Notes: generated by a model not told the origin, from the sequence alone. 63,329 bases of DNA, filler included, from Atractiella rhizophila (GCA_021432655.1; 17 parts of 17 records of this genome joined end to end with filler, not necessarily neighbours in it); one strand, 5' to 3'. Counted from the first letter of the whole stretch, positions 1 through 11,888 are shown. Made by a program: numbers and translations.

Positions 1-365
1 AGTTTGCATTAATTTTTGGTTGCGGGATTTTTAATTGCCTGAGAGCTCCACAGCAGCCCGAAACTGGTTTCTTAGCCACAACAAATATTGCTCTCTCGTG
101 CAGCTGCTGAGCATTGCTTTCAAGTCAGGCGTGTACGTCATTTTGGTCTTGTGACTTTTTCTCTTTCCTTTTTCTTCGTCTTCTATTGCTTGATAATTGG
201 CTCAAGGAACGGCGACGGGCTACGGTGATATTTTCTCACAAATATGCAAGACCCCTACAGTGCAAGTTCCATCGCTTTTGTGGCTCGCATTTGCAGTGCT
301 TACAGATCCGTATCTTGTCAAGTGGTAGCGAGAGTCTTGTGTTCTCTTCAGCAGTAGTTTTCTCA

Positions 366-974
366 ATGAGCGATGTCAATGTTGAAACCCAATTCTTTGC
401 TACATCGTCTATCCCTAAACTCGAAGGCAGAGAGAACTACCATATATGGTTCTTCAGGAAACAACGTGCGCCTCGGTTCCAAGTTGATCGGGTAGCTCTA
501 GCAGAGAGCTACTTTAGGCGATATTACGAGCAAGTTTTGCAGGATGATTTGTTCCGCTGTGCCAACGACAGAGCCCTCTGTATGGTAGTCGGAGCTGTGA
601 AAGCATTTGATTGGCTTCATGCAACCTTTGCACAGAGCGGTCTATCCTTTCATCTAACGTTCGAATCACGACCGCTGGGATTCGACATAGGACGTGATTG
701 CAGAAACAATTTAGGTGCCAGGCTGCATCATGGTCCACTTTTACATGAACCACGTAATTCTCTCGCTTCTTCTCGCCTTGCTCCTCTGAAGCTACGTTCA
801 GGAAAGGGTATTCTTTCTACAGCAGCATACTCAGTTGGAAATCAAACTCTGTTCATCAGTCGAATCAAGGTCAGGTGGCACAAGCGCCTGCCCTTGAAGG
901 TTGAGGGTCGAGGTTCCAGACCACCTTCTCCATCATACCGTGAAGGTGGATCTGTTGACTCAATCGTCGGGTAG
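366..974 (+). mobile_element. Degenerate Ty1/copia-like gag N-terminus
   Basis: From ATG 366 the frame reads MSDVNVETQFFATSSIPKLEGRENYHIWFFR, resembling the IPKL.G..NY..W start of copia gag. No pol is recognisable downstream. Confidence 0.4.
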
Positions 975-2611
975 TGAAAAAGTTTATCACTTATCAACAT
1001 GAGGCGTCATTGATTCTAATTGACATTTTCCAGCAAATTCCTGATCCTTTGGATGTTCTTCTCGATGCTATGTTGATGGTACCGTTGGTTTACATTCTGC
1101 TGTGCTTGTCCCTAACCTTTAATAGCTACGGCCAAAAAATAAAATCGCCATTTCTTCCGACATTCACCTCTCTACATTGTGCAAAACGGTAGGTATCCTT
1201 TGCCCTTTGAGGCATTCCGAATAGCTAAGAGACCGCATAGTGGCAGTGGTTGTTTGGTCCCGGAGGATGGACTGTTCAGAAAGCGATCGACTTGTTGGAG
1301 GGTTGCCAAAACTGCATTAAGGAAGATGGTAACTATCTGCTCTCAGCCGTTTAGATTTGATAATTAATGAATAGTGGTAACGCTTGGTTTCCCTGATTAA
1401 TCTTACCTTCCCTAGCGTCACGCTTCAAGGCTTGATAGCTTCCGGAACCCGGACATACCTGCGCCATCGATCCACAACACTGTCTGCATGGAAGGAAGAG
1501 GAGGAGGAGGGGAGAGGACCGATGGCAAGAGAGGTACGGCTTCAGATGCATCTCTGGAGGCACATCAGTGTACAGAATGAGAGAAATTTGGCAACAGGGA
1601 ACGGCTGAGTGTGCTGGGTCTTCAGTTGGGAAGCAGATGGATTCTAAATAGGAAATAGTAGATTCAGGTGTACGATACTGATAATCTTGATTGGCTGAAA
1701 GGAGCTGAAGTTGGGAGAGAGCGAGGTTGAGTATCTCGCCACCCACTTTCTCAACGGTTCAGTACTTCGTGTTTGTTAGGGAACGAACGGAGATCTCGTG
1801 TATCAGTATGGCGCGTCCATAAGCAAAGGGCGGGCCTCCTCAGTGTAAATTCTGCTGTCACAATGAATCGGTGTTTACATGATCTTCTCTCTCTGTTCAA
1901 TTATCAAAAGATTCTATGCAACTCATGAAGAAAAAGGATATACTTTTGAAATCGCTCCCTAACTGCACGGAGCCGCTGCACAGTCGTCGCTGAATTATAA
2001 TTAGGGATGGCTATCGTCCGGAAGAAATTAAAGTGCCTCGTTTTGAAGAATGCACCTCCAGCTCTCCGCGTTCAGCAGCCTGAGGTTGACCCAAACTTTG
2101 GGGCATGTTATGTCGTCGTCGGAAACTACTCCCGTTCAAAGTCTATCTTGACCGTTTGCGACAAGACGCGCAGACCAAAGATGGACAACAATGCGGGAGG
2201 TCATAAAGCTTGTGAATGTTAGGGTATCGGATCGATGCGGGACAAATCACCTTTGATCTCCTCTGACTGAGAAGCACCCCTCTCAAGCGGGAAGGTCAAA
2301 TCAACTTGTCATTGGAACTTCCCCTGTATCGGAAACATACAGACGCAATGCAAGATCTGAACCACAGTCACACATAGCAAATGGCGCCGTATTCTTCGTC
2401 CGTCATCAATGTGGGCAAAATTTACCACTATTGGGGCAAACGATGGATGTGGTGCGCTGAATGTCAATTGACCACAGATCTTGACGCCATCTGAGTTTTG
2501 GCGCCGTGTGCTGGGGTTGCTTTGCGGGGCAGCTGCACACGGTGTTTAGCGGCCAAGTGGGCCAAGTGGAGAAGCCAGTGGAGCCGGGGAAAGCAGAGCA
2601 CACGGTTGCAA

Positions 2612-2712
2612 AGGGTTCGAGTCCGCTGCAAAACATTTTTTCTCACCACTTCAAAATAAAATTTCCTTGCAGCTCCAGAAAGGCGCAAACATATGCAGTA
2701 ACATGGTGTAAT
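2612..2712 (+). repeat. tRNA 3'-like / B-box-containing dispersed repeat, copy 1
   Basis: GGTTCGAGTCC (2614-2624), then a T-run and a tail (AATAAAATTTCCT..CAGAAA.GCGC..ATGCAGTAA.ATG.TGTAATT) that recurs at about 36117-36211. Confidence 0.55.
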
Positions 2713-3079
2713 TCATTTCGTTTCAATGTGCCTGCTGAGGGAGGTATGAACGCTCAAAAGTGCGTTTTATGACTCATGCCAAGAACGGATGGCTTTTAGA
2801 GGTAAGGATACTACTAGTATACAGAGGTCATTTTGATCCTCTGGTACAACATATGATTGCACCAGCAGTAGTGCGGTACATCTTTGCACAAGGGTGATAT
2901 ATCTAAGGGGCTACACAATCGTTTCCAGGATATTTTTGGTGCAAGGCATTTGTTGTTTCAGCAATACTACTTATATTGTTACCTGGCATTCATTGGTGCA
3001 TGTTAGTGAGGAAAGTACTCACTATTCAATTGTCAGGTTTGTGTCCCATGCAAACCGCCGGGTGCCCGTTCGTCACTTT

Positions 3080-3350
3080 GCATCTCCCGTCGTCCATTTG
3101 TGTTCTGTGTGAGTTGGCACCTGTCCGTCTGTTGGCACTCCCATCACCAGTCTGTGTCTCACATTTGCCCACTTGCACTTGCCATCATCACTTCAAGTTT
3201 TGTGTCTCCCGTTGCCCATTTGCATTCTATGTGAATTGGCAGCCCTTCACCTACTTGCACTCTCCATCGCTGCTTTGCGCCTCCTGTCACCCGTTATTGT
3301 TCTGTGCCAGTCATCGCCAATTCACCTAGTTGCATTTCCATCATCTGGTT
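3080..3350. repeat. Degenerate tandem repeat, unit about 120 bp
   Basis: TCTCCCGTCGTCCATTTGTGTTCTGTGTGAGTTGGCA (about 3083) versus TCTCCCGTTGCCCATTTGCATTCTATGTGAATTGGCA (about 3205), with a weaker third copy. Confidence 0.5.
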
Positions 3351-3904
3351 GCACCTCCTTGTCAAGCTTGCTCCCACACATTACAGAAATGCACCAGTCT
3401 ACGTCACATGACCCGCCTTCCTAGTCATGTAGCCTACTTTCCTGGAGGAACGACCATATCCCAACCTTGGAACAATTCCAACAAAACCAACTCTCCAACA
3501 CAACCCACCGACTACCATGCCCCAGAAAGGCCCCAACCCCTCACAAGAGGGCGGAAAGGCCAACTCTGGACCTGGGAAAGGAGGGGAACTGCGAGTAGAA
3601 TTTGCTCCAACTTCTACTCGCCTCCCCACCGCTCCCCAAAATCAGCACTCCATGAGTGCCAACAAAGGAGGAATAATGAGAAATAGCCAGAGGGCTATCA
3701 ATGAAAGCGACGGAGGAGGAAGGGTCACCAGTACGCACCTCCTTGACATGAGTGCTTCGAACCGAGAGTCTATTCCACCTCTTTCCATCCATGGCACCCC
3801 TTCCTTTCCAAGAGTTGTAGACATTCTGGGCATTGATGAAGAGACCCAGAATGACCCTGTCCAGCTTCTGGACTTTGCCTTTTTAGAATTTCGCAATATG
3901 TACA

Positions 3905-4004
3905 NNNNNNNNNNNNNNNNNNNNNNNNNNNNNNNNNNNNNNNNNNNNTTAATTAATTAANNNNNNNNNNNNNNNNNNNNNNNNNNNNNNNNNNNNNNNN
4001 NNNN
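3905..4004. other. Artificial contig linker (first of 16)
   Basis: Identical 100-bp N44-TTAATTAATTAA-N44 spacers, with stops in all six frames, start at 3905, 7905, 11889, 15867, 19843, 23808, 27721, 31603, 35455, 39303, 43137, 46964, 50773, 54580, 58386 and 62184. Intervening contig lengths decrease monotonically from 3900 to 3698. Confidence 0.99.
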
Positions 4005-4502
4005 TCATTCTATGGGTTCCTGCGCACCCGTCCCTCTCAGTCCAGTTCCCCAGACTTTTGTAACGAAGGCTTTGACGTCTTTCATCATCTCTCCTTCGTC
4101 TTCATTGGCTTCTTCGCCTCTCTTTGATCCTAACCCAAGGCCTACAATAATAGGTTTGCCGTCATTTGAGAGAATTGCCGCGATTTGAGTGGCGTAGATT
4201 GATTCCAACGGCGTTGCAACCCCAAGGAGTGGCTTGACCAGGATTAAAGGGTCGATGGGCAGGGGAGACTCGGTTGTGGAGGGTAGAGTAGAAAGTTGGC
4301 CTGGCGACTCTTTGGAGACTTGGACCTAAATTAAAATCGATGAATTCCCATAAAGAAAAGTGGCCCAACGAACCCAGCAACCCACGCGACCGTCCAGCTG
4401 GCTGAAAATACACACTATTCGGTCCGCATAGACTTGAATGAGTAAGTCTGTGGCACGACCTCGAATATCTCCATTGCTTTGAAACGTAGGAATCCTTGAC
4501 AT
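4005..4502 (-). CDS. Proteasome assembly chaperone 3 (PAC3/PSMG3-like), 2 exons
   Basis: Spliced product MSRIPTFQSNGDIRGRATDLLIQVYADRIVCIFSQLDGRVGCW|VQVSK...KPLLGVATPLESIYATQIAAIL...PIIVGLGL. One GTTCGT..TTTAG intron. Motifs match the PAC3 pattern. Confidence 0.75.
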
Positions 4503-5091
4503 TTTTTGGCAGTCAGGTGGGCGGAAATGAACGTAAAATGATCCGAACTTTGATCCAGTTTTCCCAGTTTTCCAAAGACCTAGTATAACAACAAGGGATC
4601 TGAAGCATCATAGGCGTGAAGGTAGATCTATAGAAACAATCAATCATGAGGATTTGATTAGAATCAGATCTGGTGTGTCAAACTGTGACATGATGGCTTT
4701 GAAATCTCTCGGTAAGATTTTCTATCGCAGGGTAGGCTTTATAATAAATCAAGGTCGCCGTCAGTTTCTTCTTTCACGTTCCTTGGTGGACTATTAAAGG
4801 AATGATTTGCATTTGAACATATATACATCAGAAGGTTGTCAATGATTCATTTATTATCCATGTTCAATCTCGAGGTTTAGAAAGCGTTATGCCAATGGTA
4901 GCGTTTGAGTACAAAAGTTACAGACGATACTTTGGCAAATTTATGACAGCTTACACTTAAGACCATGGACAGCGGCGGTTTGTTCAACCTTTGTACGTGA
5001 CGTGGGGCGACCAAACTACTGTTCAAGGAAGACTGGTATCATAACTGAGAAACGATTTGTTGCATTGTGAGTCCATACACTTGATGACTAT

Positions 5092-6287
5092 TCAGCCAAA
5101 CCTCTGCAAGACCTCATCGCTCAAACTCCTGCCTCCTCCTTTTCTCCTGTTAAATCTCTGCAAATTTCCTTTGATACAAACAAAGGAGAATTCTTTCCCC
5201 CTATTTTCCTCCCTCTTCAAAAATTGAAGCGTCTGTTCGAGGAAGAGCTCTACTTGCCCCAATGCATTCTGAACGAGGACGACATGAGAAGCCATGTTGG
5301 GAGATTGGGATTTAAACGTCTCCAACAGTTCGATGTGATCACGATAGTGTTTTGCGACAACCAATTGAGGAATACCGGAGAGATAGAGCTGCGGGAAATG
5401 TTTGTTCCAATCTATCGTTTGCTTCGATGGAAGCGTTCGCATGTCCAGGAGGAGATTTTGAGGAACAATGTAGCCTGATTTGATGACTTGCAATCCGGGA
5501 GGAGCTGTAAAATGAGGATTTTGGGCTGGTGCCACTACTTCGGCAGGTTGCTTGCAGGCGTCTACTTCAAACCGCACGAGACATTTCATGGCACCCAGAT
5601 TCTTCCCCAAATAAACATGAGAAAGAGGAAGAATATTGGCAGGACTTACATAGGAAACAATTCGGTTATGCCCACTTGCATTCTTGTTTGTTTGCGTCGT
5701 GACGGCCTTCACAAAATTTTGCCCAAATCCCCAGAACGTATTTGGGGGGATATCCTCGGTAGTCGCATTCTCCCACCGGCTAAAGATCATTGTCTTCTCT
5801 CCTGCCAGCTGAACATCAATCCTAAATTCCCTCTCTCTATCTGTCATTCCCGTGCCAGTCAACCACTGAATGAGCCGTTGGAGACAGATCCTGTCTGTTA
5901 TCAGATCGATGTCGGCAAAGTTGAAGTTAGGGTTGCAAGCGTCGATAGCGGTGAGGAGTGGAGAGACAGGCGAGATTCGAAGTGTATCGGAGCGCGCTCC
6001 ATTTTGGTCGATGAACTTGGTGCCAGTCTCTGGTTCAATATGCACCGGAAGACGAGGCTCTCGCCAAAATGGTGGACATCCTGTTCCGTCCAAAGCTTTC
6101 AGTGACTTCCTTCCAATCGAGCACAGAAAGACAAGCCTGGAACTTCGATAGCTATGCCTTGGCCCGGCGCTTCCACCCAATTGTACGAAGCAACTGGAGT
6201 TACATTCTCGATTTCGATGCAGTAATTAGATTGGGGAGGAGGAATGACAGTTGGCCTATCCTTTTCGAGGTCGATAAAGAGCTGCAT
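5092..6287 (-). CDS. Fungal DXO/Rai1-like protein (family often auto-labelled 'geranylgeranyl pyrophosphate synthetase'), 3 exons
   Basis: Motifs VASYNW, P..W, IDQNG, IDLITDR..L..L, FRIDV, GFGQNF, GHNRIVSY|NLGAMKCLVRFEVDAC and IDW...PQLYLSG.P.L..AKH. A 56-nt GC-AG intron joins ORF 6099..6287 to ORF 5092..6180; a 48-nt in-frame GTAAGT intron follows IVSY. Confidence 0.7.
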
Positions 6288-6843
6288 TCTTGATGTATAA
6301 TTGACTTTGACAGAAATTTATTGTCTCGGATCCGTGAGCCGTGAGAGAAGGAAAGCTACAAAATTGCTGAAAAAGAGTGAAGAGGATTGCGTGAGTAAAC
6401 CTGGCACCCCATGATGCTACTAGCCCTGGGTTAGAGATGAAACGAGTTTCATGGACATCAAAATTGTCGATTGAGAGCATTGTAAGGCATTCTTCATTAT
6501 GCATGTTCCAGCTTTTGCTGCTCCTCGCCGGAATAGGCTTGTTTGTTTAGAACCTCGCCGCATTATTGCAGCCAGATGGTTCCCAAAGAGCTAGAGGGAG
6601 CTACTCACAACACACGTTCCTTAGTATTGAAACGACACCAGTTTGCAGTGTTCGCGGGCAGCAAGTCGGTTCGCTTCCCAAACATGGTGATCAGCGCGTG
6701 ATTCAAGGAAAAACAAAAAAAATACACACACACAACAGCAGTCACACAAGCAGAAAGTCAGCTTTGCCTCGGAAAAATAGTCAATGGTCGTCGTTGGGCA
6801 GTTACCCCTTGCCATCTTGAGGGGTAAGATGTTTGGGTGTCTA

Positions 6844-6851
6844 TCACGTGA
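6844..6851. promoter_or_regulatory. TCACGTGA E-box (Cbf1-type) upstream of the PHD gene
   Basis: Perfect palindrome about 80 bp upstream of ATG 6929. Confidence 0.3.
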
Positions 6852-6928
6852 CTAAATACTTGGAATCCCTTGTTGCGAAACCTCTAACACAAGGAGTAGC
6901 AGCAAGCTCCTCAAAAGGGATTGGTACA

Positions 6929-7904
6929 ATGGAAGGTAAGCATACTCTTTATGTAACTGAGCGTCACTGACCAAACCCAACAGCCGCTATGGCGGCAGAC
7001 CTCGATCTTGCTCCAGAAAGCTCGAACCACGATACCTCTGCTCCTTTGCTGGAACGAGAGCATCAAGCGCAAATGGACCTATCAATAGAAGAGGTACTTT
7101 TCATTTCGTCAAAACATGAGTGAAGACGGCGAACAGGTTTGTAGCCCTCAAACGAGGAGCCACCAGCGAAGACTACTCGATACGGTCGCAAGATCATACC
7201 TCCATCCATTCTATCGACCAGTAAGCTCGCCGTGATTGTAGCCCAAATTACAATTATTTGACACGACTATTACTTCTAGGCACGACACCGCGGCTTCCGA
7301 TGAAGCTCAAGTCGAAGAAGAAAGCAAGTCCTCCACCGACACAAGCGCGACAATGCAAGATCTGTCGTGGCCAGTGGGAGACGAGTAGGAATAAATTTGC
7401 TTTATGTGCTGGTTGCAGGTGTGCCCATTTTACATAACTGTCCACTAGAACCTGACATTGGGGGAGTGAATTTTATCACCAGCTATGTCATAACCCGCAC
7501 ATTCTGTTAAACGACGAAGACCCCTCTCTAACCTTTTTCTGCACTTCTTGCGATCAAAAAACTGCCCAAGAGCATCCCTTGTCGCGTTACCGCCACGATG
7601 ATCTAATCTCAGGAGAAAAGTTCCCTATTCAGGACAAACGAGAGTGGCTGAACCTGCTTCCACACCAGATTCTCATCGAGCTCATCCTAGGCATAGACGC
7701 GACGAGGCAGGGACTAAAGCTATATCCTCAAAATCTTGAAGAGCTTGTGCAGTCCAAGAAAGAGGAAGATCGGAAGCGTTCAGCGGCTCGAGCGAAATTG
7801 GCTTTGGACAAGCTCTCCAAGCTTCGTCATTCAATAGAGAAGCAGAGAAAAACTGGTCGCAAAAAGCGAGAAGGACCTTCCATTCCAGGTGTGGCGCTAG
7901 ATAC
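6929..7904 (+). CDS. PHD-finger protein (Phf1/Phf2-like), multi-exon, 3' truncated
   Basis: Splicing gives CKICRGQWETSRNKFALCAGC|SEFYHQLCHNPHI...FFCTSC, a C4HC3 PHD, followed by LISGEKFPIQDKREWLNLLPHQILIELIL. Runs into the linker. Confidence 0.75.
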
Positions 7905-8004
7905 NNNNNNNNNNNNNNNNNNNNNNNNNNNNNNNNNNNNNNNNNNNNTTAATTAATTAANNNNNNNNNNNNNNNNNNNNNNNNNNNNNNNNNNNNNNNN
8001 NNNN

Positions 8005-9778
8005 GCTTCAGCGCTTCCTCGTTCCTCCCGCATTGAAAATCGATCTCCCCCATGTATTTGACACAGTTTGCTCTCCCCTCTGCACTTCCCGTCGAGAGGA
8101 ACAGCTCCTCCGCCTGCTTGAATCGCTCCAGCGCTTCCTCGTGCCTCCCGCACCGCAAATCAATATTCCCAATGGCTAGGACACAATTTGCTCGGTTTCC
8201 AATGGTTATACTGTTCTTCATGGAGTCACGCAGCTCTATTAAGGCTCTATCAGTATGGCCTCGAAAATCAAGCTCTACCCCAAGGTAGAGCCGCAAGCGA
8301 CTCATCACTGCGATAGACAGCTCCATTCTCGATAGCATTCTCTGGAGCAGTTGCATTGTATCAAAGCTCTTGGCTTGCAGGATGTTCGAGTTTTTCAACA
8401 CGAATGCTTCGATGCTTTTGTTCATTTTTGGAAGGTGCAGTAGACTCTCAAAAATGACTTGTTGAAGGTTCACATATTCATCTCTGAACTCCATTAAGGC
8501 GTCTTGCTTCTTCGCCCCATCGAATTGGTCAATTCTTTCTTGTGCTTTGGTCAACAGGCAATTAGCGAGAGGCCGCAGAGAATCCGCGACTCGCAAAGGG
8601 AATGGGTCGATTCGCTTTAAAACGAGTTCGTTCATATATTTTCGAACTGGTGCGAGCATACGCAAGTGTCTCTTCCCCCCAGGAACCTCCTCTGCAAGAC
8701 CAACATCAAGAATGGAGACAAGGGGACGATAATCTCCATCGAGTAAGCCTTCCAAGTCGAGGAGCAGGAGACCATCTGGAGACCAAGACAGAAACGATAG
8801 GGCGAGGGAACTGCCCGGCAGTTCTTGGAGAACGGGAGACGTAAGAGAAAACCCGAGTGATATCTCCAGAATGGGAGTACCGTCTCTGCCATCCACGTTT
8901 CGTGAAAGAACTGCACTTGCTCGGTTCTTTGACTTTTCTAGAAGGACTGCTGCACTCGAGAAAGGATCGTAACGCGCTCTCAGAGCAAAAAGGCAGATCG
9001 ACAGTGGATGGTAATCCAAGCACGATAAAATATCTTGTGTGACTGCTGCATTTTGTGGGTCACGACCATTCTCGTAGAACTGACAAAAGGTATTGATTGC
9101 TGCATCCTTATCCTCATCCTCCCTCAGCGTGCCAATGACAACTTGCACAAATGTAGTGCGATTCACATCGATATATGGCGCACGATGCCCGCGCATGGCA
9201 AGGACGAGAGTAGAACCAGCTCTAGGTTCCGCAACAAGGGCCTGAAAGAATTGTTGCATCCGTTTCGAATCTGAATGTGCAGGCGTCTCAAAATTGTCCA
9301 AGATGAGAAGGCATTTATTGCTTCGAAAAAAATCAGCGACGGCCATCAAATCTGTGGTGTCCAACTGGCGCGATAGATTGAAAACACGGGAACACAGATG
9401 GCTCTCGAGAGCAGCGAAGGAAGTGAAGCTGTCACATCGGACCCAGAAGCGTCGCTCGACCAGAATATCTCCCTCTCGAATTATGAAAGCAGTTTTCACC
9501 AGCTCGTCATGTAACGCAGCAAGTGCGACCATCGTCTTTCCGTTTCCAGCTAAACCTATAATTGCTACGTGCTGGCCGCTTAGCATGGCCATCCGCACAA
9601 CTTCAATCTCTCCTTCTTTCGCCTGTAGCAAAGCCCTGGTGGTGGGACAGACTCTTTCGCATGAACCGCCACTCGAGTAGGATGAGCTGACATAAGTGCT
9701 ATTAGTCCATGTATGGAGGCGGGCCAAAAGCGTACCGAGGATTATAGATTCCGCCACTGTCTTCATTTCATGACGCAA
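8005..9778 (-). CDS. NB-ARC/STAND + TPR portion of a fungal NLR (open frame, 3' truncated in the TPR array)
   Basis: Walker A GLAGNGKT, RRFWVRCD, Walker B CLLILDNFETP, LDYHPLSI and LRMLAPVRKY. Two 40-aa TPR units (GRHEEALE / GRNEEALK, 120 nt apart) lie at the contig edge. Confidence 0.9.
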
Positions 9779-11004
9779 TCACTCCAAATGAGCTTTTGTC
9801 TGTCCCACAACATCCTTCAGCCTCCCAAACTCGTCCCATTGGACACCACTTAGCGTGTCGATGTTGAATCGATGGTAACAGTGGCCAATCCCGCGCATTC
9901 GCATTCCGTTCTTCATTGTTTTGTCGACACGAGAGCAGTCTTCGACGACTTTTTTGAAGGTATCCTCGATGTCGTTCGAAGTGGACCCAAGTTTCACTGC
10001 GGAACGAAGACCAACACCCAAGGAGAGGAAACAAACGACTTCGATCCCAATCCCCCAGATCCTCTGTGCCTCTGTCACAGCGAGAGAGGATGGGTTGTTG
10101 TTGCCAATCAGTACATACTCTGTCTTGTCGAGAGTGATGGGGGGAAAGGATGTCGGTTCAGCGGATGTCGCTCTTGCAGCTTCTACGACGGAGCACTCGG
10201 TGAGAGATCCCCCACCGAAGGGAACACTGTAACTGCAGATCTCAAGAGGAACTACTGAGTTGGCTCGGTAAGTTGCAATGACAAAGGTTCGACATCGCTC
10301 GTCAAAGTTTGCATGGAGCATTGGAAGGCTCGCGTCCTCCAAGGTAGCCAGCATCGATCTTTCGGAGTGTGTGGTGTAATCTCTAACGATCCTCCCGAAA
10401 ACACGTTCCAACGCTCTGTCGGAGTAAGCGGATAGGCCCTCTGTACATACCGTCTTCTTGGAGAAGACCTCATTTACGATCTCGTTGACGGCGTGCATAC
10501 ACTCCCGAACAGTCATCCCCAGCCTCCCAAGCATCAAAGCAATCCATCCTCCAGTCGAAGTGCCGCAGATGAGGTCGAAGAATTGGCATGGTCGAAGGTT
10601 TGGGAGTCTGGATTCCCAGGAAGAAGATCGGCTACCTGCTGCATAATGGCCTCAAGCATGTAAAGGCAAGAGAAGGCACAGACGCCTCCATTGTCGATCG
10701 AGAGTATTCATAGACCTTTGGTATTAACCTTCTTGATATCCGCAAGCCGTATCTGCAAGCTGGGGTCGATCGACCTACCCCTGATGGACTCAGGATGCGA
10801 CGTGGATGGCGGAGGGATCGGTTGATTCGATGGAGAAACACTTGGTAGCGTTACGCGGGAGTATGCGGGCTGTGATGGGTGTACCTGCAGTTGACTCTCA
10901 TTTGATTCGTCCCGAAATGAACCAGCGGGCTTTGCAACCTCGCCGTCAGCGTCGTAAGATGTGGAATGGCGGAGGCAGCAGATGCGTCGGGAAAGGTTGT
11001 TCAT
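9779..11004 (-). pseudogene. Disrupted patatin-like phospholipase effector domain of the same NLR
   Basis: KGL*ILSIDNGGVCAFS (TGA at 10708-10710), a frameshift near 10620-10640, then RPCQFFDLICGTSTGGWIALMLGRLGM and ARATSAEPTSF. The DGG motif is missing (EYVLIGNNNP). An in-frame TGA at 9779-9781 precedes the NB domain. Confidence 0.85.
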
Positions 11005-11705
11005 GTGCGTCCACGTTTTTCCGTTCTAACAAGGATGAAGGTCAATACAATATCCCCTCTTGCATTGCAACGCTCCATTGCAACGAGCGCAGCTGTGTTG
11101 AAAACCAATGCCTCAGTCCTTCCATAAGACTCGTTCTTGGAGAAGAAGCCTGATTCTGACCACAGGAAAGCTTTTAGGAGAAAGTGATTACAAGAGTAGA
11201 ACAACAAACTCAGCTCAAGGCAACACTGATCATACGTCGTATAAGTTGAAGGAAAGATAATGACAGCGGTAAAAACAGGACGGTACGCTAAAGCGTTCCT
11301 CGTTCCTTTCTCAACATTATTGCCAAGGTTCGATGCTCCAATTTTGGCTTCAATACCATCACTTTATAGCGATACCACGAAGCATTCGCTCTACGACCCA
11401 CGCAAAACTGTTTGTAGTACTGGACCGCGTGAGGGTTTCCCACCCACCCCACACAAGCAGGTTTTCATTTGCAGTTGAAGTACTCACCTTTGAAGGTACA
11501 ATTCAAAAAGTTCAGCTTATTCTGGAAAGTAACAGCCCTCTTACATAGCTCCCACAAATGGGCATCGACGTTGCTTTCGTCGTCTTTTCACGAAATAGGG
11601 GAGGTCAAAGTAGACTTCACAGAAAGAAGTGTGTCCTTGAACCCCACACTAATTCCGACCGCTCATCCTATCTTTCTATTCTTCTATCTATTTCTATTCT
11701 TCTAA

Positions 11706-11888
11706 GAGCCTGTTTGGCAACTTCCAAGTTTGAAATTTTGGCTGGGGTGAATTGGACGTGAATTGGACCCTAATCTGGCAATTCACAGTACCGTTTGGCT
11801 GCCGAAAATTGCAATTCACAAATCTGCGAATTGCAATTCACCCTAGCCAGGATTCGAAAAATCGAAATCGAGCCTTGGAGCTGTATTT
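11706..11888 (+). mobile_element. PIF/Harbinger (Tourist-like) element end, truncated
   Basis: TAA followed by GAGCCTGTTTGG, resembling a Harbinger/Tourist TIR with a TAA target site. Internal GTGAATTG/CAATTCAC direct and inverted motifs. The other end is not visible. Confidence 0.45.

Noticed and set aside
2519..2635. Functional tRNA gene
   Set aside because: A B-box is present but the T-stem has mismatches and no anticodon arm could be folded. Kept only as a tRNA-like repeat.
5488..6105. Long antisense ORFs (also 9872-10258 +, 23860-24537 -, 32053-32640 +, 59479-59802 -)
   Set aside because: They are shadows of recognised genes on the opposite strand.
9779..10710. TGA recoding, readthrough or A-to-I editing rescuing the patatin NLR
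   Set aside because: TGA is a normal stop in RPL14, PRE3, PAC3 and TAE1. The first TGA sits where Arg, not Trp, is expected. The frameshift and missing DGG would not be repaired.
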